DNA from: an uncultured Gemmatimonadales bacterium
GTDB lineage: Bacteria > Gemmatimonadota > Gemmatimonadetes > Gemmatimonadales > Gemmatimonadaceae
Direction of reading: 5' to 3'
DNA: 64,000 nucleotides
NCBI GenBank assembly: GCA_963850905.1
Contig: CAWKMU010000003.1
Span: 2,528,001-2,592,000 of the forward strand
Position 1 is the stretch's first letter, and every line of letters starts with the position of its first letter. The position numbers and the translations under genes are program-made. Below, piece by piece: positions 21,318-32,404 of this stretch. The notes under the pieces were generated by a model. That model saw only the letters and a program-made list of their open reading frames with translations. It did no database searches and had not been told where the DNA came from.

Positions 21318-23762
21318 ACGCCTCGGTCGAGTGGCTGTCGGCGTTCGTCGACAGCGGCCTGTCGCCGGAAGGGCTGCGGGAGCTGATCACCGCCCGCGTC
21401 GCGACGGTCGATGCCCTCGAGGCGATGCGCGCGGACCTCGCGTACATCGTCGTGGGGCGCGTCGTCGAGGCGGCCCGTCACCCGGACAGCGACCACCTGT
21501 GGGTGACGAAAGTCGATGCCGGCGGGCCCGAGCTGCTCGACGTCGATTTGCGGCGCCCCGAATGTGGCGGCGGGTGTCCGCTATCCGTTCGCGCCGGTCG
21601 GTACGACCATGCCGAACGGCATGAAGATCGAACGTCGCAAGATCCGCGGGCGGATCTCGAACGGCATGCTCTGCTCGGCCCGCGAGCTGGGACTGGGTGC
21701 CGACCACGAAGGGATCCTCGCACTCTCGACCGACGCCGCGCCGGGCACGCCACTGCTCGAGGCCCTGCCGCTCGGCGATGTGCGCCTCGTCGTCGACGTC
21801 ATGCCCAATCGCCCCGACTTGCTGTCCCACCAGGGGCTGGCCCGCGAGATCGCCGCCGCGACGGGACGTCCAGTTGCGCGAGCCGGCAGTCCCCGGTGGC
21901 GACCAGGTCGCCGTGCCCACACTCCGGCGCACCGATAGCTCCGCCTCCGCCGGCGAGGTGCGCGTCACGGTCGACGACCCCGACGACTGTCCGACCTACC
22001 TCGGCGTCGTCTTCCGGGGTGTCAAGATCGGCCCGAGCCCGGCGTGGCTCGTCAACCGGCTCGCGACCGTCGGCATTGCGCGCCCGGTGAGCAACGTTGT
22101 CGATGTCACGAACTACATGCTTGCACGGCTACGGACAACCGGCCCACGCGTTCGACCTCGCGCGGTTGGCCGGTCGGGAGATCCGAGTCCGCCGCGCGCG
22201 GGCTGGAGAGCGGCTGACGACCCTCGACGGTGTGGCCCGCACACTCGATCCGTCGATGCTGGTGATCGCCGACGACGAACACGCGCAGGGTGTCGCGGGC
22301 GTCATCGGAGGACAGGACAGCGAAATCACCGCGGACACGACCGACATCGTACTGGAGCTCGCCGCGTTCGACCCGAAGCGCGTCCGCGCCGCGCGACGCG
22401 CACTTGGCGTATCAACCGATGCGTCGTTCCGCTTCGAGCGAGTCGTGCCCCCGACGCTGCCCGTCGAGGTGTTTCCGATGGCGGTGAAGCTCATGGTCGC
22501 ACTGACCGGTGCGCAGGTGAGCGAGCCAATCGCGCTCATCGGCCCTGCCGCCCCGCCTCCGCGTCGGGTCACGCTGCGGGCCGCTCGTGTCGCCCAGGTG
22601 CTCGGGGTCACTGTGCCCAGCTCGGAATCCGCGAGGCTACTGGACTCGGTCGGCTTCTCCACGATGGTGGAAGAGGACTCCGTCGAGGTCATCGCGCCCA
22701 GCTGGCGGGTCGACACGCAGGCGGAGATCGATCTCGTCGAGGAGGTCGCCAGGCTCCGTGGCTACGATACCTTCCCGGACACACTCCGCCCGTACCGATT
22801 GGGGACCGTCCCTGACGATCCGCTCGTTGCGCGGACGGCGCGCCTCCGGGAGCTGCTCGTTGGCCGTGGGTTTCTCGAGGTCCGGCCGATGCCTTTCGTC
22901 GCTGCCTGCTCAGGCGGACGGCGGCGTCCGCGTCACGAACCCGCTCGCCGATACCGAAGCGTTTCTGAGGAGCGACGTGTTGCCGTCGCTGGCCCGTCGC
23001 GCCGAATACAACCTGGCCCGCATGGAGGGGGACCTGCGGCTGTTCGAGGTCGGCACGGTCTTCCTGCCGACGTCCGAACCGCGTCCGCGCGAAGAGATCC
23101 GGGTCGCCGCCCTGTGCATGGGTGCGCGCCGGCCGCCTCATTTCACGGAGCCGAGTCCGCCGTCGTGGGACGAGTGGGACGCGAAGGAGCTGGGGGAGGC
23201 GATCGCTGCGATATCCGGCGCGACCGGTCGCGTCGCGCTCGAGCCAGCCGACGGTCCCGATCTCCTCTGGGACATTCGAGCCGACGATGCGGTCATCGGG
23301 CGCGTGACGCGGGTGACGCTCGATGCGCCGCCGTGGGCTGCGCCCGCCTTCGGGGTCGAGGTCGTCGCCTCGGTGATGGAAACGGCGCCCGTCGCACCAC
23401 CGGGCGTGCACGCACCTGCGACTGCAGACACGAGCGTCACCGCGCCGCCGGCGCCACGGTACAGTCCCCCTCCGACTCAGCCGGCCGTGCGCGTCGATCT
23501 GACCGTGCTCGTGCCGGAGGGTGTGACCGCGGCGGCGGTCGAGCAGGTTTTGGCCCGGTCGGCCAGCCAGTTGCTTGCCGGCGTGGAACTCCAGAGCCAG
23601 TATCGTGGGTCGTCGGTGCCGGCGGGCTATCGGAGCGTGACGTGGCGGTTGACGTTCCGACATCCCGAGCGCACTCTTCGCGAGAAAGAGGTTGAAGCCC
23701 AACGGGATAAGCTGTTGCGCGCCTTGGAGAGCGAACTGGGTGTCCGACAACGAACGGCCTGA
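21314..23762 (+). CDS. pheT: phenylalanine-tRNA ligase beta, about 4 frameshifts
   Basis: HPDSDHL, CGAPNV, SNGMLCS, PNRPDLLS, EIDLVEEVARL, C-terminal FDX-ACB across frames. Confidence 0.92.
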
Positions 23763-24051
23763 AGGTGTCGCGTTTCGAGAGTTGGAGCTCCTGGTGCGGC
23801 ACCTCGGCGATGAACTGGCTAGCTTTCGGCGGCGGGCCCTACAAGCGGAGACACAACTCCGAGCCGTCGAGGCGCGCGGTGCATCGCTCGGAGACTTGAA
23901 GCGACTTGAGACGCTCGAAGCCGAAAATGCGGCGCTGCGGGGCCGACTGGAGGCGGCCGCTGGGCGTGCCCAGGCTATGCTCGAGCGGGTGAGATTCCTA
24001 CGGCAACAATGCGATCAATCGGCTGCAAGTAGCTCGGGGAGCCAGCGGTGA
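23740..24051 (+). CDS. coiled-coil protein (ZapB-like position)
   Basis: Coiled coil between pheT and zapA, overlapping both. Confidence 0.6.
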   Translation: MSDNERPEGVAFRELELLVRHLGDELASFRRRALQAETQLRAVEARGASLGDLKRLETLEAENAALRGRLEAAAGRAQAMLERVRFLRQQCDQSAASSSGSQR

Positions 24052-24350
24052 CGGGCAAGAACGCAAAGCAGGTCGTGCGAGTCACGATCGTCGGCGAGGA
24101 GTACTCGATCCGCAGCGAGGCGACCCCCGAGCACACCCGGGCGGTCGCGGCCCATGTGGACGAGGCGATACGCCGCGTTCTCAATGGCGGAGGCGTGGTC
24201 GAGCCACGGAAGGCCGCCATTCTTGCGGCGCTTCAGATCACGGATGAGCTGATGCAAGCCGAGCAGGCTGCGCAGACCCTGACTGGATCGCTACGCTCGT
24301 TGAGCTCGGAGGTTCAGCGGTGGTTGCCGCCCCCAAGCGCGAAGATCTGA
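24048..24350 (+). CDS. zapA: cell division protein ZapA
   Basis: VRVTIVGEEYSI, VAAHVD, AILAALQITDEL. Confidence 0.88.
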   Translation: MTGKNAKQVVRVTIVGEEYSIRSEATPEHTRAVAAHVDEAIRRVLNGGGVVEPRKAAILAALQITDELMQAEQAAQTLTGSLRSLSSEVQRWLPPPSAKI

Positions 24351-24364
24351 GCCAGATGGTGGAT

Positions 24365-24425
24365 GGGCGACGCATGCGTCGCCCGTGGGTTCGCTGGGCA
24401 GTGTAGGGGCGACGCACGCGTCGCC
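24365..24425. repeat. REP-like palindrome doublet
   Basis: GGGCGACGCATGCGTCGCCC and GTAGGGGCGACGCACGCGTCGCC. Confidence 0.7.
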
Positions 24426-24470
24426 GCAGACAATCGCCGCGGCCTCGGCCGCGCTGGAGTATAGATCGCT

Positions 24471-26057
24471 ATGTCAGTCGTCGCCATTACTGCGGCCATC
24501 CTGGTCGCGTGCTTGTTGGTTGCTGTTGTATCAGTAGGTGCTGGGATTCGAGCCGGACGTGTCGCTGAATCGAAGCGGCAGCTGGCGGCCGGACGGTCGG
24601 CTGAAGAGACGGGCAAACGGCTCGTCGCGGAGGCGGAGCGCGAGGCCGATACGCTTCGCAAGTCCGCCGTCCTGTCGGGCCGAGAGGAGTTGATGAAGCT
24701 CCGAGAGGCCTGGGAGGCCGAAGTCCGCGACCGACGCACCGAGGTCGAGCGCGAGGAGAAGCGCGTCAAGGAGCGGGAGTCGGTCCTCGACCGCAAGTTC
24801 GAAGTGCTCGACCAGCGTGAGAAAGAACTCAACACGCAGGCCTCGGACGTCGAGCAGAGGCGAAAGCGACAGGCCGAGCGGGATCAAGACCTCGACCGCC
24901 TGACGACCGAGGCCCAACGGCGGATTGAGCAGCTGGCCGGCATGTCAGCCGAGGACGCCAAGGCGGAGCTGATGCACCGCATGGAAGAGGCGGCGGTGGC
25001 GGACGCCGCCAATCGGCTGCGAGAGATCCGGGAATCATCGAAACGGACCGCCGAACGCGAGGCGAAGAAAATCGTCGCGCTGGCCGTGCAGCGCATCGCC
25101 GCCGAGCACACTGCCGAGTCGACCGCATCGGCCGTCGCGCTCCCGAACGACGAGATGAAGGGCCGCATTATCGGTCGTGAAGGCCGAAACATTCGAGCCT
25201 TCGAGCTCGCCACCGGCGTCGACGTCATTATCGATGACACACCCGACACGGTGGTCGTGTCGTGTTTCGACCCCGTCCGTCGTGAGGTCGCGCGCCTGGC
25301 GCTCGAGAAGCTCGTGGCCGATGGACGCATCCACCCTGGTCGGATCGAGGAAGTCGTCAGCAAGGCGCGCCGCGAAGTCGACGCGACCATCATCGAAACG
25401 GGCGAAGAAGCCGCCTACGAGACAGGGGTGCACGGCTTGCATCCCGAGCTCGTGAAGCTGATCGGCCGGATGCGATGGCGGACCAGCTATGGCCAGAACA
25501 TCCTCGAGCACTCCAAAGAGGTCGCCTGGCTCGCCGGCATCATGGCGGCAGAGCTTGGATTGGACGTCGCCATCGCGAAGCGAGGAGCATTGCTGCATGA
25601 CGTCGGCAAGGTCCTGACACACGAGCACGAGGGCACTCACGTGCAGCTTGGTGTAGAGGTGGCGACCAAGTACGGTGAGAGCCCCCTCGTGGTCAACTGC
25701 ATTGCCGCGCACCACGACGACGTGCCCCACGAGAGTGAAGTATCGGTGTTGGTGCAGGCTGCCGACGCGATCTCGGGATCGCGACCCGGCGCCAGGCGCG
25801 AGGCCTTCGAGACGTATGTCAAACGTCTCGAGGGGCTGGAGCGGATCGCGTCGAGCTATCGAGGAGTCGAGAAGGTCTTCGCCATTCAGGCGGGTCGCGA
25901 GGTCCGCGTCGTGGTCACGCCGGACACGGTCGATGACGGACGGGCCGCCTCGCTCTCTGACGAGATTGCACGCCGGATCGAGTCCGAGCTCCAGTACCCA
26001 GGCCAAATCAAGGTGGTCGTGATTCGCGAAACACGGGCGGTCGACTTTGCCCGCTGA
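24471..26057 (+). CDS. rny: ribonuclease Y
   Basis: TM, coiled coil, KH ([14 protein letters not shown]), HD (LLHDVGK). Confidence 0.97.
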   Translation: MSVVAITAAILVACLLVAVVSVGAGIRAGRVAESKRQLAAGRSAEETGKRLVAEAEREADTLRKSAVLSGREELMKLREAWEAEVRDRRTEVEREEKRVKERESVLDRKFEVLDQREKELNTQASDVEQRRKRQAERDQDLDRLTTEAQRRIEQLAGMSAEDAKAELMHRMEEAAVADAANRLREIRESSKRTAEREAKKIVALAVQRIAAEHTAESTASAVALPNDEMKGRIIGREGRNIRAFELATGVDVIIDDTPDTVVVSCFDPVRREVARLALEKLVADGRIHPGRIEEVVSKARREVDATIIETGEEAAYETGVHGLHPELVKLIGRMRWRTSYGQNILEHSKEVAWLAGIMAAELGLDVAIAKRGALLHDVGKVLTHEHEGTHVQLGVEVATKYGESPLVVNCIAAHHDDVPHESEVSVLVQAADAISGSRPGARREAFETYVKRLEGLERIASSYRGVEKVFAIQAGREVRVVVTPDTVDDGRAASLSDEIARRIESELQYPGQIKVVVIRETRAVDFAR

Positions 26058-26937
26058 GCTGATCGACGGGACCGCGATCGCCCGGGAAGTCCGCGCCGAC
26101 GTCGCCCGAGAGGTCGAACTGTTGGCTTCGCGGGGGATTCGGCCCGGTCTGGCCGTAGTCCTGGTCGGCGACGATCCGGCGAGTGCGGTCTATGTCCGGT
26201 CAAAAGGGAAGGCGACCGAAGAAGCCGGAATGCACAGCGTGACGATCCGACTGCCCGCCGATACGCTGGAACGGGCGCTCCTGGCGCAGGTCGATCAGCT
26301 CAATGCGGACAAAGCCATTCACGGCATTCTCGTGCAGATGCCCCTTCCCAAGCACATCAACGCCGAACACGTCATCGCGCGCGTCGATCCCGCCAAGGAC
26401 GTCGACGGTTTCCACCCGGTCAATGTCGGCAAGCTGCTGATTGGCGACCGCGATGGCTTCGCTCCCTGCACGCCGGCCGGTGTGCAGGAGCTGCTCGTTC
26501 GATCCGGCGTGGATACTCGCGGCAAGGACTGCGTGATTGTGGGGAGAAGCACGATCGTCGGCAAACCGATGGCGGCCATCATGATGCAGGACCGGCCCGG
26601 CGCGAACGCGACGGTGACCGTCTGCCACAGCCGAACAACAGACCTCGCCGCCCATACGCGACGAGCCGATGTCCTGATCGTTGCGGCTGGTCGCCCGCGG
26701 TTCGTCACGGGAGCGATGATCAAGCCGGGTGCCGCGGTGATCGATGTCGGCATCAATCGAGTCGACGATGCGCGCGCGAAAAACGGGTATGTGCTGGTGG
26801 GCGATGTGGACGCGGCAAGCGCCCGCGAGGTCGCCGGTTTGCTGACACCGGTCCCCGGAGGGGTTGGACCCATGACGATTGCGATGCTCCTCAAGAACAC
26901 GGTGCGTGCTGCGCAGCAGGGCGCGGGGATCGCCTAA
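26047..26937 (+). CDS. folD: methylene-THF dehydrogenase/cyclohydrolase
   Basis: [32 protein letters not shown]. Confidence 0.96.
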   Translation: MPAELIDGTAIAREVRADVAREVELLASRGIRPGLAVVLVGDDPASAVYVRSKGKATEEAGMHSVTIRLPADTLERALLAQVDQLNADKAIHGILVQMPLPKHINAEHVIARVDPAKDVDGFHPVNVGKLLIGDRDGFAPCTPAGVQELLVRSGVDTRGKDCVIVGRSTIVGKPMAAIMMQDRPGANATVTVCHSRTTDLAAHTRRADVLIVAAGRPRFVTGAMIKPGAAVIDVGINRVDDARAKNGYVLVGDVDAASAREVAGLLTPVPGGVGPMTIAMLLKNTVRAAQQGAGIA

Positions 26938-28269
26938 TGCCGACCGGGGGCGACCGGGGCCGCGGTGACTGGACCGGACGCGGGTGGCCGCTGACGGGCC
27001 GCTCCCTCGGCGCGCCTCCACAGGGGACCGCACGGGCAGCGCCATCACTCTTCGATGATGTGACGCCTGGCCGCAGCCCTCGTTCGGCTGTGTCGGTCAC
27101 CACGATCGCGGAGTTGACGAGGAAAACGCTCGAGGGAGCGATCCGCCCGCTCTGGGTGCGCGGGGAGGTGACCGGGTTCAAGGCGTACCAGAGCGGCCAC
27201 TGGTATTTCACCCTCCATGACGACAAAGCCCTGCTGAAATGCGTCGTCTTCGCGAGCGATCAACGCGGGATGGCGGCGCCGCCGCGCGAAGGGACCGACA
27301 TCCTGGCGTTCGGGCAGATCACGGCCTATCCCGCTCGCGGCCGAGATGCATTTCCGTGTGACGGCACTCGAGGTGCGCGGCGACGGCCTGAATCGCAAGG
27401 CGATAGAGCGCACGCTGGAGCGCCTCCGCAATGATGGGCTGCTGGCAGCGGATCGGAAGCGACAGCTCCCGCGATTCCCGCGGTGCCTGGCCGTCGTGAC
27501 GAGCGTGGACGGCGCAGCGCTGCACGACATTATCGCGGTCGCTCGCCAACGCTCACCCTCCCTGCGCATCGTCGTCGTGCCGGCGCGCGTGCAGGGCGAA
27601 GGCGCGCCTGAGGCGTTGTGCCTCGCCCTTGACCGCCTCCACCGTTGGGGGCGCGCTGACGTCGTCATCGTCGGGCGCGGCGGTGGCGCGAAAGAGGATC
27701 TGGGCGCCTTCAATCACGAGCAAGTCGCCCGGGCCGTCGCCGCGTGCGGATGCCCGACCGTATCGGCCGTCGGCCATGAAATCGATACCACCCTGTGCGA
27801 CCTCGTCGCCGATCACCGGGCCCCTACACCGTCGGCAGCAGCGGAGGCCGCGGTGCCGCTCATGGCGTCGCACGACGTGCGAGTGCGCGCGCTTGCGGTC
27901 CGGCTCGCGAGTGTTGCCCGCCGCCGATTGAGCTACGCCGAGCAGCGGCTGACCCACGCGGCGTCGGCTGCTCGCCGAGGTGCCGAGCGCCTGCACGAGC
28001 GCCGCGGAGCCACGCTCGCGCACCTGGCGACTCGCGTGCAAGCCCTCAGTCCCTTGGCCGCGCTGGCGCGCGGATTCTCGGTCGCACGAGACGCGGACGG
28101 ACGGACACTTGCCACCGCTGCCGACTTCACTCCCGGCGGCGAGTTCGAGCTGTTTGTGCGCGACGGCGTGATCCAGGCGGTCACGTCGGACGTGTTGCCA
28201 CCGCGCTGGCCCGCTGACGTCGCGGAGGAAATCACCCGAGCGCAGTCGACATCAGAGGAGCAACCGTGA
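26937..28269 (+). CDS. xseA: exodeoxyribonuclease VII large subunit, frameshift near 27340
   Basis: WVRGEV..SGHWYFTL in one frame; GRGGG, SAVGHEID, APTPSAAAE in another. Confidence 0.9.
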
Positions 28270-28520
28270 GCTTCGAAGAGGATGTGGAGCGTCTCGAGGC
28301 AATTGCCGCCGAGTTGGAGCGCGACGGCATCACGCTGGACCGGGCGTTGAAGCTGTTTGAGGAAGGCGTCAAACGCCTGCGCCGCGCGTCAGCAGAGCTC
28401 GGGCGCGCGCAGACGCAGGTCGCGCTCCTGGTCGAGCAGGTCGACGGCACCTTCGCGCTCCGCCCGCTGGCAGGTGACAGCCCTGGCGCCGTCCGCGGGC
28501 GAGCGGCAGACAGGCCGTGA
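28266..28520 (+). CDS. xseB: exodeoxyribonuclease VII small subunit
   Basis: SFEE..RLE.I..LE...L..AL.LFEEG. Confidence 0.9.
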   Translation: MSFEEDVERLEAIAAELERDGITLDRALKLFEEGVKRLRRASAELGRAQTQVALLVEQVDGTFALRPLAGDSPGAVRGRAADRP

Positions 28521-29425
28521 CATCTGCCGTTGTCGGCGCACCCGACGACGCCTTTGCGGCTGACCGGGCCGCCGTGCAGCAAGCGCTCGCACGCATCTGT
28601 CTGGAGTCGCTCGAGGGGGTGCCGGACGCGGTCGCGGCCGCGATCCGCTACAGCCTCATGGGCGAAGGCAAGCGATTGCGCGCGATCCTGCTCCTGGCGG
28701 CCTATCGGGCGTGCGGCGGCAACGGGGATGCCTCGGGACTCGCGGCCGCCGTGGAGGTGGTTCACGCGTACTCCCTGGTGCACGATGACCTCCCCTGCAT
28801 GGACGATGATGACATGCGTCGCGGTCGACCGACTGTGCACCGTGTCTTTGGGGTCCCGGTGGCCACGGCGGCGGGACTGGTCATGGTGCCGTTGGCTGCC
28901 CGGAGCGCGGCTGCTGCGGCGCGCAGCCTCGGGCTGCCGCCCACGGCTGTCGGCAGGATTGTGCGAGAGCTGATGAACGCCGCTGGCGCCTCCGGTATGA
29001 TCGGTGGGCAACTGCTGGATCTGGAGGGCGAGGGGCTCGCCCTGTCGCTGGAGGAGCTCGAGCGCATGCATCGGGCGAAGACAGGCGCGCTTCTCACTGC
29101 GTCGGTGCTGTTAGGTGGTCTCGCGGCATCGGCGGAGCCCGCGACACTCGACGCACTGAGCCGATACGGCGCAGCAGTCGGCCTCGCTTTCCAGATCGCT
29201 GACGATGTGCTCGATGTGACCTCGACGACCGATCAGTTGGGAAAGACCGCAGGACGAGACGTTGCACTTCATAAGAGCACGTATCCTGCGCTGTTGGGCG
29301 TCGCCGGGGCTGTCTCGCGCGCTCAGGCGCTGGTGCAGGAGGCGTGCGGGGCAGTCGACGAGGCGCGGCTCCTGACGCCCGCGCTCGAGCGCTTGGCGCA
29401 GTTCATTGTGGAGAGGCGCAGTTGA
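28517..29425 (+). CDS. ispA: farnesyl diphosphate synthase
   Basis: GKRLR, SLVHDDLPCMDDDDMRRG, FQIADDVLD. Confidence 0.92.
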   Translation: MTSAVVGAPDDAFAADRAAVQQALARICLESLEGVPDAVAAAIRYSLMGEGKRLRAILLLAAYRACGGNGDASGLAAAVEVVHAYSLVHDDLPCMDDDDMRRGRPTVHRVFGVPVATAAGLVMVPLAARSAAAAARSLGLPPTAVGRIVRELMNAAGASGMIGGQLLDLEGEGLALSLEELERMHRAKTGALLTASVLLGGLAASAEPATLDALSRYGAAVGLAFQIADDVLDVTSTTDQLGKTAGRDVALHKSTYPALLGVAGAVSRAQALVQEACGAVDEARLLTPALERLAQFIVERRS

Positions 29426-29560
29426 CCCGCACCGCCCGGCAACAGCTGGGCCTGCACACGGATTAGAATTGAATCTGGTGCTGTGGCATATCACCTGTAG
29501 CCCGCCGTCCGACCTTCAGTAGCAGCAGGCGCCGTCCCTTATCTCTCGGATCGTCTCGTC

Positions 29561-31453
29561 ATGCCGCTTCTCGCCCGAATCAAGTCGCCCGCAGATCTCA
29601 AGCCGCTCACCCGAGACCAGTTACGCGAGCTGAGCGCCGAGATCCGCGCCCGGTTGATCGACGTCTGCTCTCGAACCGGCGGGCACATCGGGGCGGGGCT
29701 CGGCGTCGTCGAGCTCACCACGGCTCTCCACTACACGTTCAACACGCCGCGCGATCAGCTGGTGTGGGATGTGGGACATCAGGCGTACCCGCACAAGTTG
29801 CTCACCGGGCGGGATGGCGAAATGGAGACGCTGCGACAGGAGAACGGCCTGTCCGGCTTTTTGAAGCGCTCCGAGAGCCCCTATGACACCTTTGGCGCCG
29901 GACACGCGGCGACCGCGATTTCCGCCGCTCTCGGGATGGCAGTCGCGCGCGACCTGCACGGGGACCAGTTCAAGGTGATCGCTGTCCTTGGCGACGGCGC
30001 GCTGACGTGCGGCCTGTCGTACGAAGGGTTGAACAATGCCGGCGTATCTGATCGCGACATCATCGTCGTCCTCAACGACAACGAGATGTCCATCGCCCCG
30101 AACGTCGGGGCGATGTCGAAGTATCTGACGTCGGTTCAGCGCAATCCCCTGTACAATCGCGTTCGGTCGGCGATCGGCGCGGCGGTCGACAATGCTCCCG
30201 GCCCGCTGTCGGGCGTCGGCGCGCTGGTGCGGAAGTGGGAGGAGAGCGTCAAGTCATTCTTCACACCTGGCGTGCTGTTCGAGGAGCTGGGATTCCGCTA
30301 CTTCGGGCCGATCGATGGGCATGATCTGGATGCACTCATCGACACGTTCACGGCTGTTCGGGACCTCCGGGGGCCGCGCCTCGTGCACGTGATCACGCAG
30401 AAGGGGAAGGGCTTCCCGGCGGGGGAGCACGGCGAGAAGTGGCACGCGTTGCCGCCTGGTCACGATCCCGCGACCGGGAAACAACGCGCGACGAGCGCGG
30501 CCAAGGCAGCGTACACCGCTGTCTTCGGGGCCGGCTTGACTGAGCTCGGCAACGAACGGAGCGATGTGGTCGCCATCACCGCGGCGATGCCTAGCGGCAC
30601 GGGTACGGCGGCGTTCGCCAAGGCCCACCCCAGTCGCTTCTTCGATGTCGGGATCGCCGAAGGTCACGCAGTGACCTTTGCGGCCGGGCTCGCGACGCAG
30701 GGCATCCGCCCGGTGTGCGCGATCTACTCGACGTTTCTCCAGCGCGCGTACGACAACGTCATCCACGACGTGTCCGTCCAACGGTTGCCGGTCGTGTTCG
30801 CGATGGACCGCGCGGGGTTGGTCGGCGAAGACGGGCCGACGCATATGGGGCTGTATGACATTGCGTACATGCTGGCCGTTCCTGGCATGACGGTGACGGC
30901 ACCAAAGGATGGTGCCGAAATGCTTGCATTGCTCCGGTCCGGGGTCGAATACACGGGTGGCCCGTTCTGCTTCCGGTATCCGCGCGACAGCGTGCCGGAC
31001 GTGCCGCCACCGATGGCGGAGATCCGGGCGGTCCCCTACGGCACGTGGGAGGTCTTGCGCCGCGGATCGGAGGTGGCGGTATTAGCCGTGGGCACAACGG
31101 TGCTGCCAGCACTCACGGCAGCGACGGCGCTGGCGGCCGAAGGACTCAACATCACCGTGGTCAATTGTCGCTTTCTCAAGCCGCACGACGAACTGACGCT
31201 CGCCGCGATCCTCGCCGATCACCGACACTTGCTGGTCGTCGAGGAAGGCACGATCGTCAATGGCTTTGGGGCCTACATGACGGCGGTGGTGGCGGCCATC
31301 GACCCGGGGGTACGAGTCGCGATCCATGGAGTGCCGGACCGCCTCATCGAGCAGGCGCCACGCGCACGTCAACTGGCGCTCGTCGGCCTCGACGCGGCGG
31401 GCATCGCGACCCGGGTCCGTGCGCTGCACGAGACGGAGGCCATCGCGGGATGA
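29561..31453 (+). CDS. dxs: 1-deoxy-D-xylulose-5-phosphate synthase
   Basis: WDVGHQAYPHK, GDGALT, DVGIAEGH, YSTFLQRAYD. Confidence 0.97.
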   Translation: MPLLARIKSPADLKPLTRDQLRELSAEIRARLIDVCSRTGGHIGAGLGVVELTTALHYTFNTPRDQLVWDVGHQAYPHKLLTGRDGEMETLRQENGLSGFLKRSESPYDTFGAGHAATAISAALGMAVARDLHGDQFKVIAVLGDGALTCGLSYEGLNNAGVSDRDIIVVLNDNEMSIAPNVGAMSKYLTSVQRNPLYNRVRSAIGAAVDNAPGPLSGVGALVRKWEESVKSFFTPGVLFEELGFRYFGPIDGHDLDALIDTFTAVRDLRGPRLVHVITQKGKGFPAGEHGEKWHALPPGHDPATGKQRATSAAKAAYTAVFGAGLTELGNERSDVVAITAAMPSGTGTAAFAKAHPSRFFDVGIAEGHAVTFAAGLATQGIRPVCAIYSTFLQRAYDNVIHDVSVQRLPVVFAMDRAGLVGEDGPTHMGLYDIAYMLAVPGMTVTAPKDGAEMLALLRSGVEYTGGPFCFRYPRDSVPDVPPPMAEIRAVPYGTWEVLRRGSEVAVLAVGTTVLPALTAATALAAEGLNITVVNCRFLKPHDELTLAAILADHRHLLVVEEGTIVNGFGAYMTAVVAAIDPGVRVAIHGVPDRLIEQAPRARQLALVGLDAAGIATRVRALHETEAIAG

Positions 31454-31520
31454 CGGCCCGCGCGGCGTGTGCGAGCGCATCGGTCGGCCTGGCCGGCGGT
31501 CGCGCCCGCGGGGCCGCTGA

Positions 31521-32402
31521 ATGATTCGCGTTGGCGTAGTCGGGCACCGCGGGTACGCGCGCCTCCAGGATCTCTTGCAGGAGGTGTTGCGATTGGCCCC
31601 CGAGCTGGGGCTCGACGTGTGTGTCGAGACCGACCTGCACGACCTCCTGCCACAGGCTGGGCGCCTCAGCACCGGACAACCGGTCGACGTCCTCGTGACG
31701 CTCGGCGGGGACGGGACCATGCTTCGCGGCGCGCGCACCCTCGGCGGGCGCCCAGTGCCCATCCTCGGGGTCAATTTGGGCCGCCTCGGGTTTCTCACGA
31801 GTTGTGGCGGCGACGAAATGGTGGACGCGCTCTGTCGATTCGCTCGCGGCGACTATCGGGCGGAGCCGCGGATGGCGCTCGACGCGCGCGCGATTGACCG
31901 AGGTGGCGTCGAGCGGCGACGATGGTACGCGCTCAACGATGTCGTGCTGCACAAGGGTGGCTTCGCACGCGTCGTGCGACTCGCGGTCGCGTCCAACGGG
32001 GAGGCGATCGCCGCGTACGCGGCCGATGGGATTGTCCTGTCCACCCCAACGGGGTCCACGGCGTACAGCCTGTCGGCCGGCGGACCCATCGTCGAGCCGA
32101 CGGTCGACTCCATCATCCTGACGCCCATCTCGCCGCACACGCTCGCGATTCGGCCCCTCGTGCTGCCGGCGACGGCGGCGATCCGCATCTGGGCTGAGGA
32201 CGGTCCGGAAGAGCTCCTCGTGACCGTCGACGGACAGGTGGGGACGACGTTCGCCGAGGGCGAGGTCCTGGAAGTCAGGAGAGCGGGGCGGCCCGTGCTG
32301 CTCGTGCGATTCTCTGGGACCACGTACTACGGCCGACTGCGCAAGAAACTCGGATGGGGCGGGACGCCGAGCGGCAGTCAGCTGCTCGAGCAGCGAGGCT
32401 AG
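31521..32402 (+). CDS. nadK: NAD+ kinase
   Basis: LGGDGTML, GVNLGRLGFL, TPTGSTAYSLSAGG. Confidence 0.95.
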   Translation: MIRVGVVGHRGYARLQDLLQEVLRLAPELGLDVCVETDLHDLLPQAGRLSTGQPVDVLVTLGGDGTMLRGARTLGGRPVPILGVNLGRLGFLTSCGGDEMVDALCRFARGDYRAEPRMALDARAIDRGGVERRRWYALNDVVLHKGGFARVVRLAVASNGEAIAAYAADGIVLSTPTGSTAYSLSAGGPIVEPTVDSIILTPISPHTLAIRPLVLPATAAIRIWAEDGPEELLVTVDGQVGTTFAEGEVLEVRRAGRPVLLVRFSGTTYYGRLRKKLGWGGTPSGSQLLEQRG

Positions 32403-32404
32403 GC

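Noticed and set aside
19711..23762. Programmed frameshifting or pseudogenisation of rplT/pheS/pheT
   Set aside because: Too many shifts, no consistent slippery sites, and the genes are essential; sequencing indels are more likely.
24351..24470. 6S RNA between zapA and rny
   Set aside because: Only 120 bp, mostly occupied by REP palindromes; too short.
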